DNA of 64,000 nucleotides, taken from a virus. Its lineage: Duplodnaviria > Caudoviricetes. The translations under genes and the position numbers were made by a program. Positions 41,809-51,346 of this stretch are shown here, in pieces; position 1 is the stretch's first letter, and each line of letters begins with the position of its first letter. The DNA lies in IMG/VR virus record IMGVR_UViG_3300009868_000001, positions 1 to 64,000 of that record; one strand, written 5' to 3'. The notes under the pieces were generated by a model, which ran no database searches, had not been told where the DNA came from, and worked only from the letters and a program-made list of their open reading frames with translations.

Positions 41809-42904
41809 TGGCATACGCCGAGTTTTTCTCTTAGGCGACCTTCACTTAGGCATAAGAAATAACTCATTAGAATGGAGTGAGATTCAACGGAAGTTTTTAA
41901 CTGAAATCTTTCCGCGACATATTGAACCTTATTTTAATCCTGAAACAGACATTCTTTTATTAGAAGGAGACATATTTCACAGTAGGGACTCCATAAACGT
42001 TCGTGTGTATAACGAAGCAGATAACATATTTAGGTTTTTAACCGATAAGTTTAAACGTGGAGTTTATGCAATAGTTGGTAATCATGATGTCTATTACAAA
42101 TCATCAAATGTTGTCAATTCTATCAGCATCCTTCAGAAAGTCTATTCTAACTTTCATGTTTTTACGTCTCCTCATATTTTAGAGATAAACGATAAACATA
42201 GGTTTTTAATGTTGCCTTGGATAGACAATATAGATTCCTTAAAACAGACGGTCACTTCTTATGTTGATTTGGCAGATTATGTTGTCTGCCATGCTGACAT
42301 AAACGGTTTTAGTCTCAATAAACATCAACAGGTTGAACATGGAATTGAACCTGCATCATTGAGTGATTTTAAGAGAGTCTATGCAGGTCACATACACCTA
42401 AAACAGGAAAAATGGAATGTCCTTTACACAGGAACTCCATATTCAATGGATCGTGGAGACCGAGACTCACAAAAGGGTTTCTATGTATTAGATGTGACTG
42501 GGGATGATGTGAATGAAACATATATAGAAAACTTAGAGTCTCCTAAGTTTATTAAGGTAAACATCTTAGACATCCTGGACATGAAGATTGACGACATACG
42601 TCTAATGTTCAAAAACAACTTTGTCGATATCATGATTGAGACTCGGATAGCTGCTAAGATGGATGTCTCAAAATTTAACGAAATATCAGAAGAATTTGGT
42701 GCCAGAAAGATAGAATTTTTTACATATTCAGATGACCCAATGGAACGAGTCAAACGCGAGGACCTTGCTCAAAAGGAACTTGGAATATTTGATGCATTTG
42801 ATATTTACTTAGAGGGTTCAAACATGGAAAGGACACATAGATCAAAGGTTGTTTCCAAGTTTAATGAGGTCTATAAAACAATGAAAGATTTAAGTCATGT
42901 ATAA
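41774..42904 (+). CDS. 47: Recombination endonuclease, Mre11/gp47-like
   Basis: GDLHLG, GDIFH, GNHD, CHAD, GHIH metallophosphoesterase motifs. Confidence 0.92.
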   Translation: MTMNLTKNIRIDGIRRVFLLGDLHLGIRNNSLEWSEIQRKFLTEIFPRHIEPYFNPETDILLLEGDIFHSRDSINVRVYNEADNIFRFLTDKFKRGVYAIVGNHDVYYKSSNVVNSISILQKVYSNFHVFTSPHILEINDKHRFLMLPWIDNIDSLKQTVTSYVDLADYVVCHADINGFSLNKHQQVEHGIEPASLSDFKRVYAGHIHLKQEKWNVLYTGTPYSMDRGDRDSQKGFYVLDVTGDDVNETYIENLESPKFIKVNILDILDMKIDDIRLMFKNNFVDIMIETRIAAKMDVSKFNEISEEFGARKIEFFTYSDDPMERVKREDLAQKELGIFDAFDIYLEGSNMERTHRSKVVSKFNEVYKTMKDLSHV

Positions 42905-43385
42905 ACCATTCATATCACCTAAGGTTTCAAGCCGAGTAAAGGATGGAAACTATAGAGTCTTTGCTGAATCTCAAATTACAGTCGGTGAAGAAATAGAAGT
43001 TTGTTCTTTTATTCCAATGTCACGTAGAGCAATCGCTGCTCTTGAAAAAAACGTTTGTTTTGACTTAACAGGACGGTTTTTTGTAAATCCAGAAGAGGCT
43101 CAAAAGGAGTCATTGGCACTTCATAAGTTAAAGAACGCACTAATAGATGCTGAGAGTTCAAACATAACTGGACAGAGGCTCTTGGAACTATTAAATGCAC
43201 AGGTAAACGAAAATTCTATAGAAAATTTTAAAATAGGCTCCATTTTATTAGGGTTTGGCAGTATCTATTCAAAGTCAGATGAACCTAATTGTATCTGTAC
43301 ATATTTACCAGACGAGAAACTTTACCTTATAAAAGCTGTAAAAAACATAGTACGAGGAGAAGAGCTCGTGCTTCCGAGACTATGA
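42897..43385 (+). CDS. SET-domain protein with degenerate catalytic motifs
   Basis: RVFAESQITVGEEIE, LGFGSIYSKSDEPNC, IKAVKNIVRGEEL follow SET architecture. Confidence 0.7.
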   Translation: MYKPFISPKVSSRVKDGNYRVFAESQITVGEEIEVCSFIPMSRRAIAALEKNVCFDLTGRFFVNPEEAQKESLALHKLKNALIDAESSNITGQRLLELLNAQVNENSIENFKIGSILLGFGSIYSKSDEPNCICTYLPDEKLYLIKAVKNIVRGEELVLPRL

Positions 43386-45049
43386 GAATTAAAAAATGGA
43401 GCTGGAGAAATATTTGTTCATATGGTAATCGTCTTCAAACGATTGAAATTGCTGACAATCCTCAGTTGGTTTTGGTCTATGGACAGAATGGAGCAGGTAA
43501 GTCTTCCATTGCTGAAGCATTGACCGTCTCAATTTATGGAAGGTCGACTCGTAAAAAGATGGCCAATATCCCAAATAGGCTGAATAAGAATGCATATACT
43601 AAAACAGTCTTTCAAACAAATAACGGAGACGAAGTAGAGCTTGAAAGGGGAATTGATCCCAACTTTTCCAATCTTAAGATAAACGGACAACCATATAACC
43701 TTCCAGACAAAAGAAGGGTTGATGAGTTTATTGAGGAACAAGTAGTTAGAATCCCTCTTCCTGTCTTTTCTAACACAATAAATCTTTCTATAAATGACTT
43801 TAAGAGTTTTATCCAACTCAATCCAAATGATAAAAGAAAGATAGTTGACAAGATATTTGGATTAGATGAGGTCAACTCTATGAGTCAAATGGTGAAAGAA
43901 GAGAGTCGTGTCCTTAGAAGCGAGGTAGCGACCCTTGAAAGTGTTGTTGCTAAAAATAAACACCATCTTCAAAGATCAATTCAACAGTTAGAAGAAATTA
44001 ATAATTCAGCTAACATTGAAAGAGAAAAGGAAATAAAAGATCTTGAAAAACAACTTGAAGTATACCAGAAAACAAAAGTTGAAATTAAAAAACAGGGTGA
44101 AGACGTTTCTAAACAAGTCAAGGAACTTAGAGAATCTATAGAATCTAAAAAAAGGCTAGCCCAAGACTGGCGAGTTAAAATATCTTCGCTAACTGAAAAG
44201 ATTGATCTTTATGAACTTGGAAAGTGTCCTCATTGTGAGTCTAATCTTTCAGACCATGATCATATTGAACTTCTAAATCAATCTAAGGCTGAACGTGATG
44301 ATTTAAACAAGAAAAGAGAAGACCTTGCAAAAGAAGTGACTCCTTTAATTCAAAAAGAGTCTGAATTGACAAAACAATTTGAAGAAATCAAGGAAAAACA
44401 CTCTAAGAATAACTCTAACATATTTTTTACTGAAAACAAGATTGAGGAACTAAAATCAAGTGGACAGAAAAAAGAGACTAACGCAGTAGAGGATTTAATC
44501 TCAAACATAAGGAATGAAATATCTGAGACTGAAAATGAACTATTTTCAAAAAAAGAGCAACTTCAAATCAACTTAGACTTAGAAGCTGCTCTTTCAGAAT
44601 CAGGTATCAAAAAGATAATAATGGGAAATATAGTTCCAACCCTTAACCAAAAAATCCTAAAGATTTCCAAGGCACTTGAGTTTAAATTTGCCTTTGAATT
44701 TGACGAAGATTTCAATCCGATAATAAAACACATAGGTCATGAAATAGCACCAGATTCTCTCTCAACCGGTGAAGGTAAAAAGATGAACCTGGTCATTCTG
44801 CTTTCCATAATAGAAATAATCATGATGAAACAAAACGGTTCTAATATCTTATTTCTGGATGAGATATTTGCATCGTTGGACGGAGAGGTTGTTTATAAGG
44901 TTGTGGAGACTCTTAAAACCTTTGCTAAGAAATATCGTATGACTATATTCGTAGTATCTCATGAATGGCTTCCTGAAGAATTCTTCGATACTATACTCAG
45001 CGTTAAAAACGTTGACAATTTTTCTGAAATAGAAATAAAGAAAACATGA
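43382..45049 (+). CDS. 46: Recombination ATPase, Rad50/gp46-like
   Basis: GQNGAGKSS, Zn-hook CPHC, LSTGE signature, LFLDEIF, VVSH; start ATG 43382 overlaps the upstream stop. Confidence 0.93.
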   Translation: MRIKKWSWRNICSYGNRLQTIEIADNPQLVLVYGQNGAGKSSIAEALTVSIYGRSTRKKMANIPNRLNKNAYTKTVFQTNNGDEVELERGIDPNFSNLKINGQPYNLPDKRRVDEFIEEQVVRIPLPVFSNTINLSINDFKSFIQLNPNDKRKIVDKIFGLDEVNSMSQMVKEESRVLRSEVATLESVVAKNKHHLQRSIQQLEEINNSANIEREKEIKDLEKQLEVYQKTKVEIKKQGEDVSKQVKELRESIESKKRLAQDWRVKISSLTEKIDLYELGKCPHCESNLSDHDHIELLNQSKAERDDLNKKREDLAKEVTPLIQKESELTKQFEEIKEKHSKNNSNIFFTENKIEELKSSGQKKETNAVEDLISNIRNEISETENELFSKKEQLQINLDLEAALSESGIKKIIMGNIVPTLNQKILKISKALEFKFAFEFDEDFNPIIKHIGHEIAPDSLSTGEGKKMNLVILLSIIEIIMMKQNGSNILFLDEIFASLDGEVVYKVVETLKTFAKKYRMTIFVVSHEWLPEEFFDTILSVKNVDNFSEIEIKKT

Positions 45050-45246
45050 CAATACCACAAATTGGTTCGGCATTAAAAAAGGTCTCTAACCGTTCAGCAA
45101 TAGAAGAGCCTATTTTAACCACAATACAAAATCCTGTTAAAAAACAGGATACGAAGGCCAGTTCAAAACCTGCATCAAAGCAAGCGGTAAAATCTAAACC
45201 GGAAACGTCTGACCTTTCTAAAAATTACAAGTTTAAGAAAAAATGA
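45046..45246 (+). CDS. Small basic hypothetical protein
   Basis: 66 aa, Lys-rich, coupled to both neighbours. Confidence 0.5.
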   Translation: MTIPQIGSALKKVSNRSAIEEPILTTIQNPVKKQDTKASSKPASKQAVKSKPETSDLSKNYKFKKK

Positions 45247-46160
45247 GAGTTTACACAGGCCCAGACTTCGCAACAGTCTATAAAGAATCTATAACTGACT
45301 TAATACGCTCAGGCAATGCAAATGATCCAAGGGGAACTAAAACCAAGGAGTTTTTAAACACTGCTTTGGTTATGGAAAATCCTCAAGCATGTCTATATGA
45401 AAATGAGGTTAGATCATCACAAAGAAAATACGTAGCTGGAGAATTGTTATGGTATTATGCAGGACGAAAGGACGTCCAGTTTATAACCAAGTTTTCTAAG
45501 TTTTGGGAAGCTCTACAAAACCCAGATGGTACTGCCAATTCAGCATATGGACACCTTATATTTAAAAACGAAACAATTCACGGATTTACACAGTTTGAAT
45601 GGGTAGTCAAGAGTCTGCTTAAGGACTTAAACACAAGACAGGCAGTAATGCATCTAAACCTTCCGACCCATCAATATGAGGGAAATAAGGACTTTGTATG
45701 CACAATGTATATCAATTTCCATGTTCGTGAAGGCAAGCTTCATATGTCAGTTCATATGAGAAGCAATGACGTTATCACTGGAACACCCACTGACGTTGCG
45801 TTCTTTTCAACTCTTCAGATGCAAGTTCTTTTTATGATAAATCAAGTTCACCCAGAAATTGGTTTAGGAACTTATACACATATAGCAGACTCGTATCACG
45901 TATACGACAGACACTATGACCTTATTGAAAGGATGATTGAAAAACCTTTTTATCCGGTCGTTATACCATCAATTAAAAAGTCTTTGATTGCAGATGTTAG
46001 AGGAAATGCATCAGATGACATAATAAACCTGGTGAATTATGTCGAATCAGATTCTACTGATTTAATAATATGTCAAGAAGATGATTTACTTAAATGGATA
46101 GTAGATCATGCAATATTAAAAAGAAAGCCTGTTGAAAACCCATCTGTTATAACAGCGTAA
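45243..46160 (+). CDS. Thymidylate-synthase-fold dCMP hydroxymethylase-like enzyme (gp42-like)
   Basis: ELLWY, NSAYG, TRQAV, DFVCT catalytic Cys, MRSNDVITGTPTD with Asp at the specificity position, SYHVY. Confidence 0.8.
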   Translation: MRVYTGPDFATVYKESITDLIRSGNANDPRGTKTKEFLNTALVMENPQACLYENEVRSSQRKYVAGELLWYYAGRKDVQFITKFSKFWEALQNPDGTANSAYGHLIFKNETIHGFTQFEWVVKSLLKDLNTRQAVMHLNLPTHQYEGNKDFVCTMYINFHVREGKLHMSVHMRSNDVITGTPTDVAFFSTLQMQVLFMINQVHPEIGLGTYTHIADSYHVYDRHYDLIERMIEKPFYPVVIPSIKKSLIADVRGNASDDIINLVNYVESDSTDLIICQEDDLLKWIVDHAILKRKPVENPSVITA

Positions 46161-46170
46161 AAGAATATAG

Positions 46171-46515
46171 ATGAAAGAGATAGAAATATTCTTTGTTAAG
46201 GAACTTAAGACATATGTTGAGACACATGGAAAGAAAAAGAAGTCTGACTATATTCTCAATGTCAATAAGCTCATTAAATCAAAGTTCAACACAGAGCTGT
46301 TTGTTTTAAACAGAGTTCAGGCATTTATCTTGAACTATGAAATATTAAGACTTGTCGATAAGGTCCTTAGTATTAAGAATCAAAAGTATAATCGAATCAT
46401 TTATCTCAATTCTAACCTGACTGAATCTAAAGTCAATAATCAGATGCAGGTTTTAAGTAATCATTATCCTGATATTCAATTTAAACCATTTTCACTATAT
46501 GAGTCAGAGGAATAA
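46171..46515 (+). CDS. Hypothetical protein
   Basis: 114 aa ORF within the operon. Confidence 0.55.
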   Translation: MKEIEIFFVKELKTYVETHGKKKKSDYILNVNKLIKSKFNTELFVLNRVQAFILNYEILRLVDKVLSIKNQKYNRIIYLNSNLTESKVNNQMQVLSNHYPDIQFKPFSLYESEE

Positions 46516-46519
46516 TCAC

Positions 46520-47086
46520 ATGATTGTAGTTAACTTTTTTGCCGGTCCTGGCACAGGCAAGTCTACTCATGCTGCAATGCTGTTTGCAAAGTTAAAGACC
46601 CAAAACATTAATTCAGAACTTATCCAGGAATATGCCAAGGACAAGACTTGGTTGCGAGATTCTAAGACATTAGAAGTTCAACCATATATTGCTGGGAAGC
46701 AGTTTTTCCGTCAGGCTCGTCTTCGACATGATGTCGATGTAGCAGTAACAGATTCTCCTTTACTAATGGGTATGGCGTATTCAGGTTACGGTATCACAGA
46801 CAACTTCAATGGTTGGCTCGTAGATGCTTTCAAAATGTTTAGTAACATCAATATCTTTTTGGTAAGGAATACTGAACACCATAAGTTTAACCCAGCTGGA
46901 AGGTGGCAGGACGAAAACGCAGCAATCGAAAAGGATAAAGAAATCAAGGCAATACTTGATAAGTTTAACTTTCCATATTACACTATCGAAGTAAACGAGG
47001 ACTCTCACGATAGGGTGTATGAAACTGTAATTAATGACCTTAAATTTAGGGCTCCTCATTTATTTCAAAAAGAAGAAACAGTATGA
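46520..47086 (+). CDS. P-loop nucleoside/nucleotide kinase-like protein (NadR/AAA_28-type)
   Basis: GPGTGKST, EYAK, VTDSPL, GRWQ. Confidence 0.7.
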   Translation: MIVVNFFAGPGTGKSTHAAMLFAKLKTQNINSELIQEYAKDKTWLRDSKTLEVQPYIAGKQFFRQARLRHDVDVAVTDSPLLMGMAYSGYGITDNFNGWLVDAFKMFSNINIFLVRNTEHHKFNPAGRWQDENAAIEKDKEIKAILDKFNFPYYTIEVNEDSHDRVYETVINDLKFRAPHLFQKEETV

Positions 47087-47565
47087 ACAACTTAGTATAC
47101 CTGGCTGGAGCAATAACCGGCTGTACTTATAACGAATGCACAGATTGGAGACAAAAAGTCAGAGACGCAGTCCCATCTCATATTCAAACAATATCTCCAA
47201 TGAGAGGTAAACAAAGACTTAAGGAAATCGAAGAAGGTTCCACTATTAAAATGGTCTACGAGGACAATCCACTAACCTCGGCTAAGGGTATAAACACCAG
47301 GGACTATAACGATGTTCGTCGAGCAGACGCAATCTTTGTAAACCTTTTAGGAGCAAAGAAAGTCTCCATTGGAACTGTTATGGAGATCGCCTGGGCACGG
47401 GCATTTTCTAAGCCCGTTATATGTGTCATGGAACCGGACAATATACATCAACATACAATGCTCAACTATGCATGTGGATACATTCTAAATGACCTAGATT
47501 CAGCCATCTCAGTATTGATAACAGTATTAAGTACAGACCGTCAATTGGAGGACCTGACAAAATAA
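47083..47565 (+). CDS. Nucleoside 2-deoxyribosyltransferase-fold N-glycosidase (DNPH1/MilB-like)
   Basis: VYLAGAI, RDYNDVRRADAIFVN, SIGTVMEIAWA, KPVI. Confidence 0.82.
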   Translation: MNNLVYLAGAITGCTYNECTDWRQKVRDAVPSHIQTISPMRGKQRLKEIEEGSTIKMVYEDNPLTSAKGINTRDYNDVRRADAIFVNLLGAKKVSIGTVMEIAWARAFSKPVICVMEPDNIHQHTMLNYACGYILNDLDSAISVLITVLSTDRQLEDLTK

Positions 47566-47582
47566 TTAAAGATGTCCTAATA

Positions 47583-47849
47583 ATGTTAGGACTCACGATC
47601 CTGCAGAATGCAAGTTTTACATTAGTTGGGAGAGCCAGAAACAGTGATTCACTCTTATTTCATGCGTTAGCTGCAATTCTTTCAAATGGAATCTGGCTTC
47701 TAGTCATACGTAAGGTTGTAAGTAACTTTGACCAGCCGGTTTTAATGATAACTTACTTAATCGGTTCTGTTTCAGGTTCAGTTTCAATGCACTACATATC
47801 TATGAATTACATAGAAAAGAAATTTAAAGCAAAACAACAATCATCATGA
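47583..47849 (+). CDS. Small membrane protein (about 3 TM)
   Basis: 88 aa, mostly hydrophobic helices. Confidence 0.6.
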   Translation: MLGLTILQNASFTLVGRARNSDSLLFHALAAILSNGIWLLVIRKVVSNFDQPVLMITYLIGSVSGSVSMHYISMNYIEKKFKAKQQSS

Positions 47850-48169
47850 AGATAACATTATGTGGCTCTACTAAATTTAAAGAGCAATTCGAAAAAGCTA
47901 ACCAAGAACTTACTTTAGGTGGAAATATTGTATATTCAGTTGCAGCCTTTGGTCATGCAGATGCCAAGAACTGGACAGAAGAACAAAAGACTACCTTAGA
48001 CTTGGTACATTTTGCTAAGATTGAAGAGTCTGATGTGATTTACGTTATTGACGTAGACAATTACATTGGATTTTCGACTGCCCGTGAGATTCAATGGGCT
48101 AAGATGAGAGGTAAGAAGATATTTTATCTTTCAGAGACTCCGCCATACAAACTAGACGCAGTCATATAA
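47846..48169 (+). CDS. Second, minimal NDT-fold protein
   Basis: ITLCGS, KIEESDVIYV, YIGFSTAREIQWAKMRGKKIFY. Confidence 0.7.
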   Translation: MKITLCGSTKFKEQFEKANQELTLGGNIVYSVAAFGHADAKNWTEEQKTTLDLVHFAKIEESDVIYVIDVDNYIGFSTAREIQWAKMRGKKIFYLSETPPYKLDAVI

Positions 48170-48173
48170 AATT

Positions 48174-48200
48174 AAAAAGGGAGCATTTAGCTCCCTTTCT
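48174..48200. terminator. Bidirectional terminator between convergent operons
   Basis: AAAAAGGGAGC-ATTTA-GCTCCCTTTCT. Confidence 0.85.
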
Positions 48201-49061
48201 TTATTTTGCTGGTTTTCCAAACGGGAAACCGCCTTTCTTTTCCTTTCCTTCTTCTGGTTTAAGTTCCTTTGGTTCCGCTCCTGGAGCGGCTCCTGTCGGA
48301 GGGGTTGTTGGTCCTGCACCTGGTGCTTTCTTAGGACGTGGCCTTCTCCTTTTCTTCTTAGGTTTTTCTGCGCCAGGCTCTCCTTCCTTCTTTTCTTTGC
48401 CTTCTTCACCCTCTTCTTCCTCTTCCTCAGGCTTAAACATCTTAGTTACGGCTGCTATTACTAGGTCTGCTGCTTCTTCCTTCTCAATTTCCATTGAGTT
48501 AACGATGTCTCCTACTAGTGTGTCTAAAGTATCGCTAAAGTTTTCAAGAACCTGATTTAGCTTTTCTTCGTCTACTTCAGGAGCTTTACCCTTTTCACTA
48601 TCAAGCTTAGGAAGCTTTTCAGGTTCAAGTACATTTATAGATCCTGGAAACGGGTTGTCGCCTCCTTCCTTAGACAATTGCTGAAACTCTTCAAAAAGAG
48701 CTATCCTGCCTTCGTTTAGGAGTGTTTGTTTAATGCTCATGCTATTTGCTTTATTTTCTTTTAATTCAATTGTGCCTGTAGTAGGAATGGCATGCCTAAT
48801 CTCAGACGGTTTCTTTCCAGCTTGCTTGTGAACTAAATCGCTAGTAAAAGCCTTCCACGTTGGATCGTAATTTGGGTGTTCTGTACCGTTCTCAGAAGAA
48901 TGATACCTTTTCACCGTGTTCGTCCATTTTTCCAACGTCTTTCTCTTCTTCTTTGAATCCCATTCAATAGCTTGCTTAGGCCCGCCAAAAGAAGGCTTAG
49001 ACAAATCCATATACTGATCAAAGTCATACACGTCGTTTGACCTAAGATTGAATATTTCCAT
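48201..49061 (-). CDS. Late protein with acidic/basic low-complexity tail (putative internal head protein)
   Basis: GATAAATAA at 49069-49077; LLNEGRIALFEEF; tail EEEEEE...KPKKKRRRPRPKK. Confidence 0.5.
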   Translation of the reverse strand: MEIFNLRSNDVYDFDQYMDLSKPSFGGPKQAIEWDSKKKRKTLEKWTNTVKRYHSSENGTEHPNYDPTWKAFTSDLVHKQAGKKPSEIRHAIPTTGTIELKENKANSMSIKQTLLNEGRIALFEEFQQLSKEGGDNPFPGSINVLEPEKLPKLDSEKGKAPEVDEEKLNQVLENFSDTLDTLVGDIVNSMEIEKEEAADLVIAAVTKMFKPEEEEEEGEEGKEKKEGEPGAEKPKKKRRRPRPKKAPGAGPTTPPTGAAPGAEPKELKPEEGKEKKGGFPFGKPAK

Positions 49062-49084
49062 AGTTAAGTTATTTATCCCTCAGT

Positions 49085-49669
49085 TTATATTCCAATAGAA
49101 CCAATACGGTCTTCGACCCATGCGTCTGCTTCAAACTGAGCGGTTAATACATAGATACCAGCTTGACCGTCTGCCAAATAATCAAGCTTCATTTGAGTTA
49201 GCTTTCCAGTTGGCATACATGGTTTAAATCGGTATTCCCTATAGATGTCACCAATCCTATTAAAAATGGCCACATATATTTCGCCAGTACCATAATCTCT
49301 CTTTAGACCCTGACGTCCTGTCATAGGTTCAGAAGATAGGTCAAACCATGCACGTATAGTGTTGTAAATATACATGTCGTTTGCGTCATTAAGGTTGACT
49401 TCAAACTGCACAGTAAGTATAGTAGTGGTTATTTCAGGCTTAGCTGGTGCATAGGTCCTTTCCGCAAACTTGTAATATTGTTTTACAAGCGTACCTGATG
49501 CTGAGAGCTCTGGAAGACCGTCTAAGTTCTTAATGTGTTCGACCAAAAGGTTAACACCCTGAGTAATTGAAGGTGGTGGAGTTATCACTACCTCAAACTG
49601 GTTTAAGTATAGAGGCTCCCAAAGATTAATTGCGGCTTGAGAGTTATTCCAATGTGGTAATCCAGGCAT
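49085..49669 (-). CDS. 19: Tail tube protein, gp19-like
   Basis: EPLYLNQFEV, AWFDL...TGRQGLKRDY, LTAQFEADAW; 194 aa; late promoter at 49691-49698. Confidence 0.8.
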   Translation of the reverse strand: MPGLPHWNNSQAAINLWEPLYLNQFEVVITPPPSITQGVNLLVEHIKNLDGLPELSASGTLVKQYYKFAERTYAPAKPEITTTILTVQFEVNLNDANDMYIYNTIRAWFDLSSEPMTGRQGLKRDYGTGEIYVAIFNRIGDIYREYRFKPCMPTGKLTQMKLDYLADGQAGIYVLTAQFEADAWVEDRIGSIGI

Positions 49670-49690
49670 GTGTAATTAAGTTACTTTTTC

Positions 49691-50344
49691 TTATTTATTA
49701 CGAGCTTTTCTTTCTCGATCTTTAACTGCTCCTAATTCTCGTAATAAAGATGCTTTTGCGTCTGCTGGTAACTCAGACCGGTCTCTAATAAAGTCCATAA
49801 GACGACTTGACCTTCTGATTGCTGCTTCTGCTTCTCGTGAAAGACTTTCTTTACTTTGAAAAGAAAGCTCGACTGAAGGAATCACCTGCACTATTAGGTT
49901 ATCCTGGCCCTGACCGAAGATGTCCAGGTTCACACGAGTTCCGTTTACTATGATTTGTATACTTGAAAGATTATCCGAACCATCCTCTGTCTTTGTGATA
50001 TTATTAGACATGATGTGTTTGAAGGTAGAGAACTGTCCGCCCTCACTAACTTCATAGTCTATAAATCTGATCTTCTCAGCATTTATAAGTATCTCATATG
50101 AGTTTACATTTGATGTTGCTTTAATCGCTCTTCCTATTTGTCTAAGAAGTCCAGATATCTGTTCAGCTGATTTATACTTTAAGTACTCAGCTTTACCTGA
50201 TGCTTTAACTATATCTAAGTCTGGATAGATACGAGTCTCATGCAAGTGTACGACCTGCTCATGTTGATTCCATTGTGGTTGTTCAACATCATCAGCTTTC
50301 CATCTTAGCTTAAAAGATATTATCGATTCAGCAATAGCACTCAT
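49691..50344 (-). CDS. Hypothetical late protein
   Basis: 217 aa within the head-tail late operon. Confidence 0.6.
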   Translation of the reverse strand: MSAIAESIISFKLRWKADDVEQPQWNQHEQVVHLHETRIYPDLDIVKASGKAEYLKYKSAEQISGLLRQIGRAIKATSNVNSYEILINAEKIRFIDYEVSEGGQFSTFKHIMSNNITKTEDGSDNLSSIQIIVNGTRVNLDIFGQGQDNLIVQVIPSVELSFQSKESLSREAEAAIRRSSRLMDFIRDRSELPADAKASLLRELGAVKDRERKARNK

Positions 50345-50952
50345 TATGGAGTTTCAGGGCTCTCTCCTTGGAACAGTTTGCCCTTATTTGATTTTTTCTT
50401 CTTAGGGTCTACTGGTTTGTAGTTTGCCCAAATCTCATTATAGATTCTACATGATGCTCCCATGAAATTGACAATTCCTATATACTTCTTACGGTCCTGT
50501 CCTTTCATCTTAGATATCTTTCTACCGATTATTGCAGCATCATCGACGTCAAGTTCGTCATCGTCACTCTTTCCAACAAGGTCCTTAAGACTGTTTTCAT
50601 AAACAGCATATTTATTAGACCATTGTCTGAATTCCATAATGGGACCAAAATTGTTTTCTTGGCTCATCTGTCTTTCTTGATTTTTAAGCCCAGGGACATC
50701 TAGACTATATTTAGGAAGCTTTCCATATTTTGATGATAAGAAATTGTATATGCTTTCAGCCGTTGATTCTAGGTCATCGTCATCATAAACTTCAGTCTCC
50801 ACTTGACTAGGTATTGCTCCGCTTATTGGAACTAGGTTTTCATTTTGTGGAATCACACCTTCATACCTTAGACCACCGGAAGACCTGTCATAATAGATAT
50901 TGACCTTGGACTGGTTATCCAAGTCTATTACAAAATACGGTATCTCTCCCAT
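50344..50952 (-). CDS. Hypothetical late protein, possibly internal head protein
   Basis: Internal PIMEFRQW...VYE motif and basic C-terminus. Confidence 0.5.
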   Translation of the reverse strand: MGEIPYFVIDLDNQSKVNIYYDRSSGGLRYEGVIPQNENLVPISGAIPSQVETEVYDDDDLESTAESIYNFLSSKYGKLPKYSLDVPGLKNQERQMSQENNFGPIMEFRQWSNKYAVYENSLKDLVGKSDDDELDVDDAAIIGRKISKMKGQDRKKYIGIVNFMGASCRIYNEIWANYKPVDPKKKKSNKGKLFQGESPETP

Positions 50953-50960
50953 TTTTATTC

Positions 50961-51326
50961 TTACTTCTTAAGGGTAGCTAAGTTAGGATTTACTTCCTTC
51001 TTGCCTGCAGCCTTTCCGCCTACTTTAAGGTCTTCTCTCTTTGGATTGACTTCCTTAGATACTTTAGAACCCTTGCCGGTGTCTAGCTTACTAAGACCTG
51101 GTTTAACTTCCTTTGAAGGTGCAGAACCTCCACGAGTCTCTATCTTAGCCATACCTGCATTAGGTGACTTGCTGCCAGCTCCTTTGCCGCCAACTTTTAG
51201 ACCAGACAGTTCAGGGTCTATTTCTTTTGTTACCTTAGAACCTTTTCCAACGTCTAACTTAGCCAAATTTGGGTTAAGTTTTTCGTTAAGCAAAAATTCC
51301 TTATAAGATACAACTGGTTTGTTCAT
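50961..51326 (-). CDS. Basic repeat protein with capsid-targeting-like N-terminus
   Basis: VVSYKEFLLNE followed by ~18-aa K/G-rich repeats; perfect TATAAATA upstream. Confidence 0.6.
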   Translation of the reverse strand: MNKPVVSYKEFLLNEKLNPNLAKLDVGKGSKVTKEIDPELSGLKVGGKGAGSKSPNAGMAKIETRGGSAPSKEVKPGLSKLDTGKGSKVSKEVNPKREDLKVGGKAAGKKEVNPNLATLKK

Positions 51327-51346
51327 CTTTTCAAAATCTATTTTGG

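Noticed and set aside
45243-46160. Canonical thymidylate synthase ThyA
   Set aside because: Has Asp instead of the dUMP-specifying Asn and DFVC instead of LPPC; closer to dCMP hydroxymethylases
48320-48365. NLS-like KPKKKRRRPRPKK suggesting a eukaryotic virus
   Set aside because: All hallmark genes are T4-like bacteriophage; better explained as a DNA-binding basic patch
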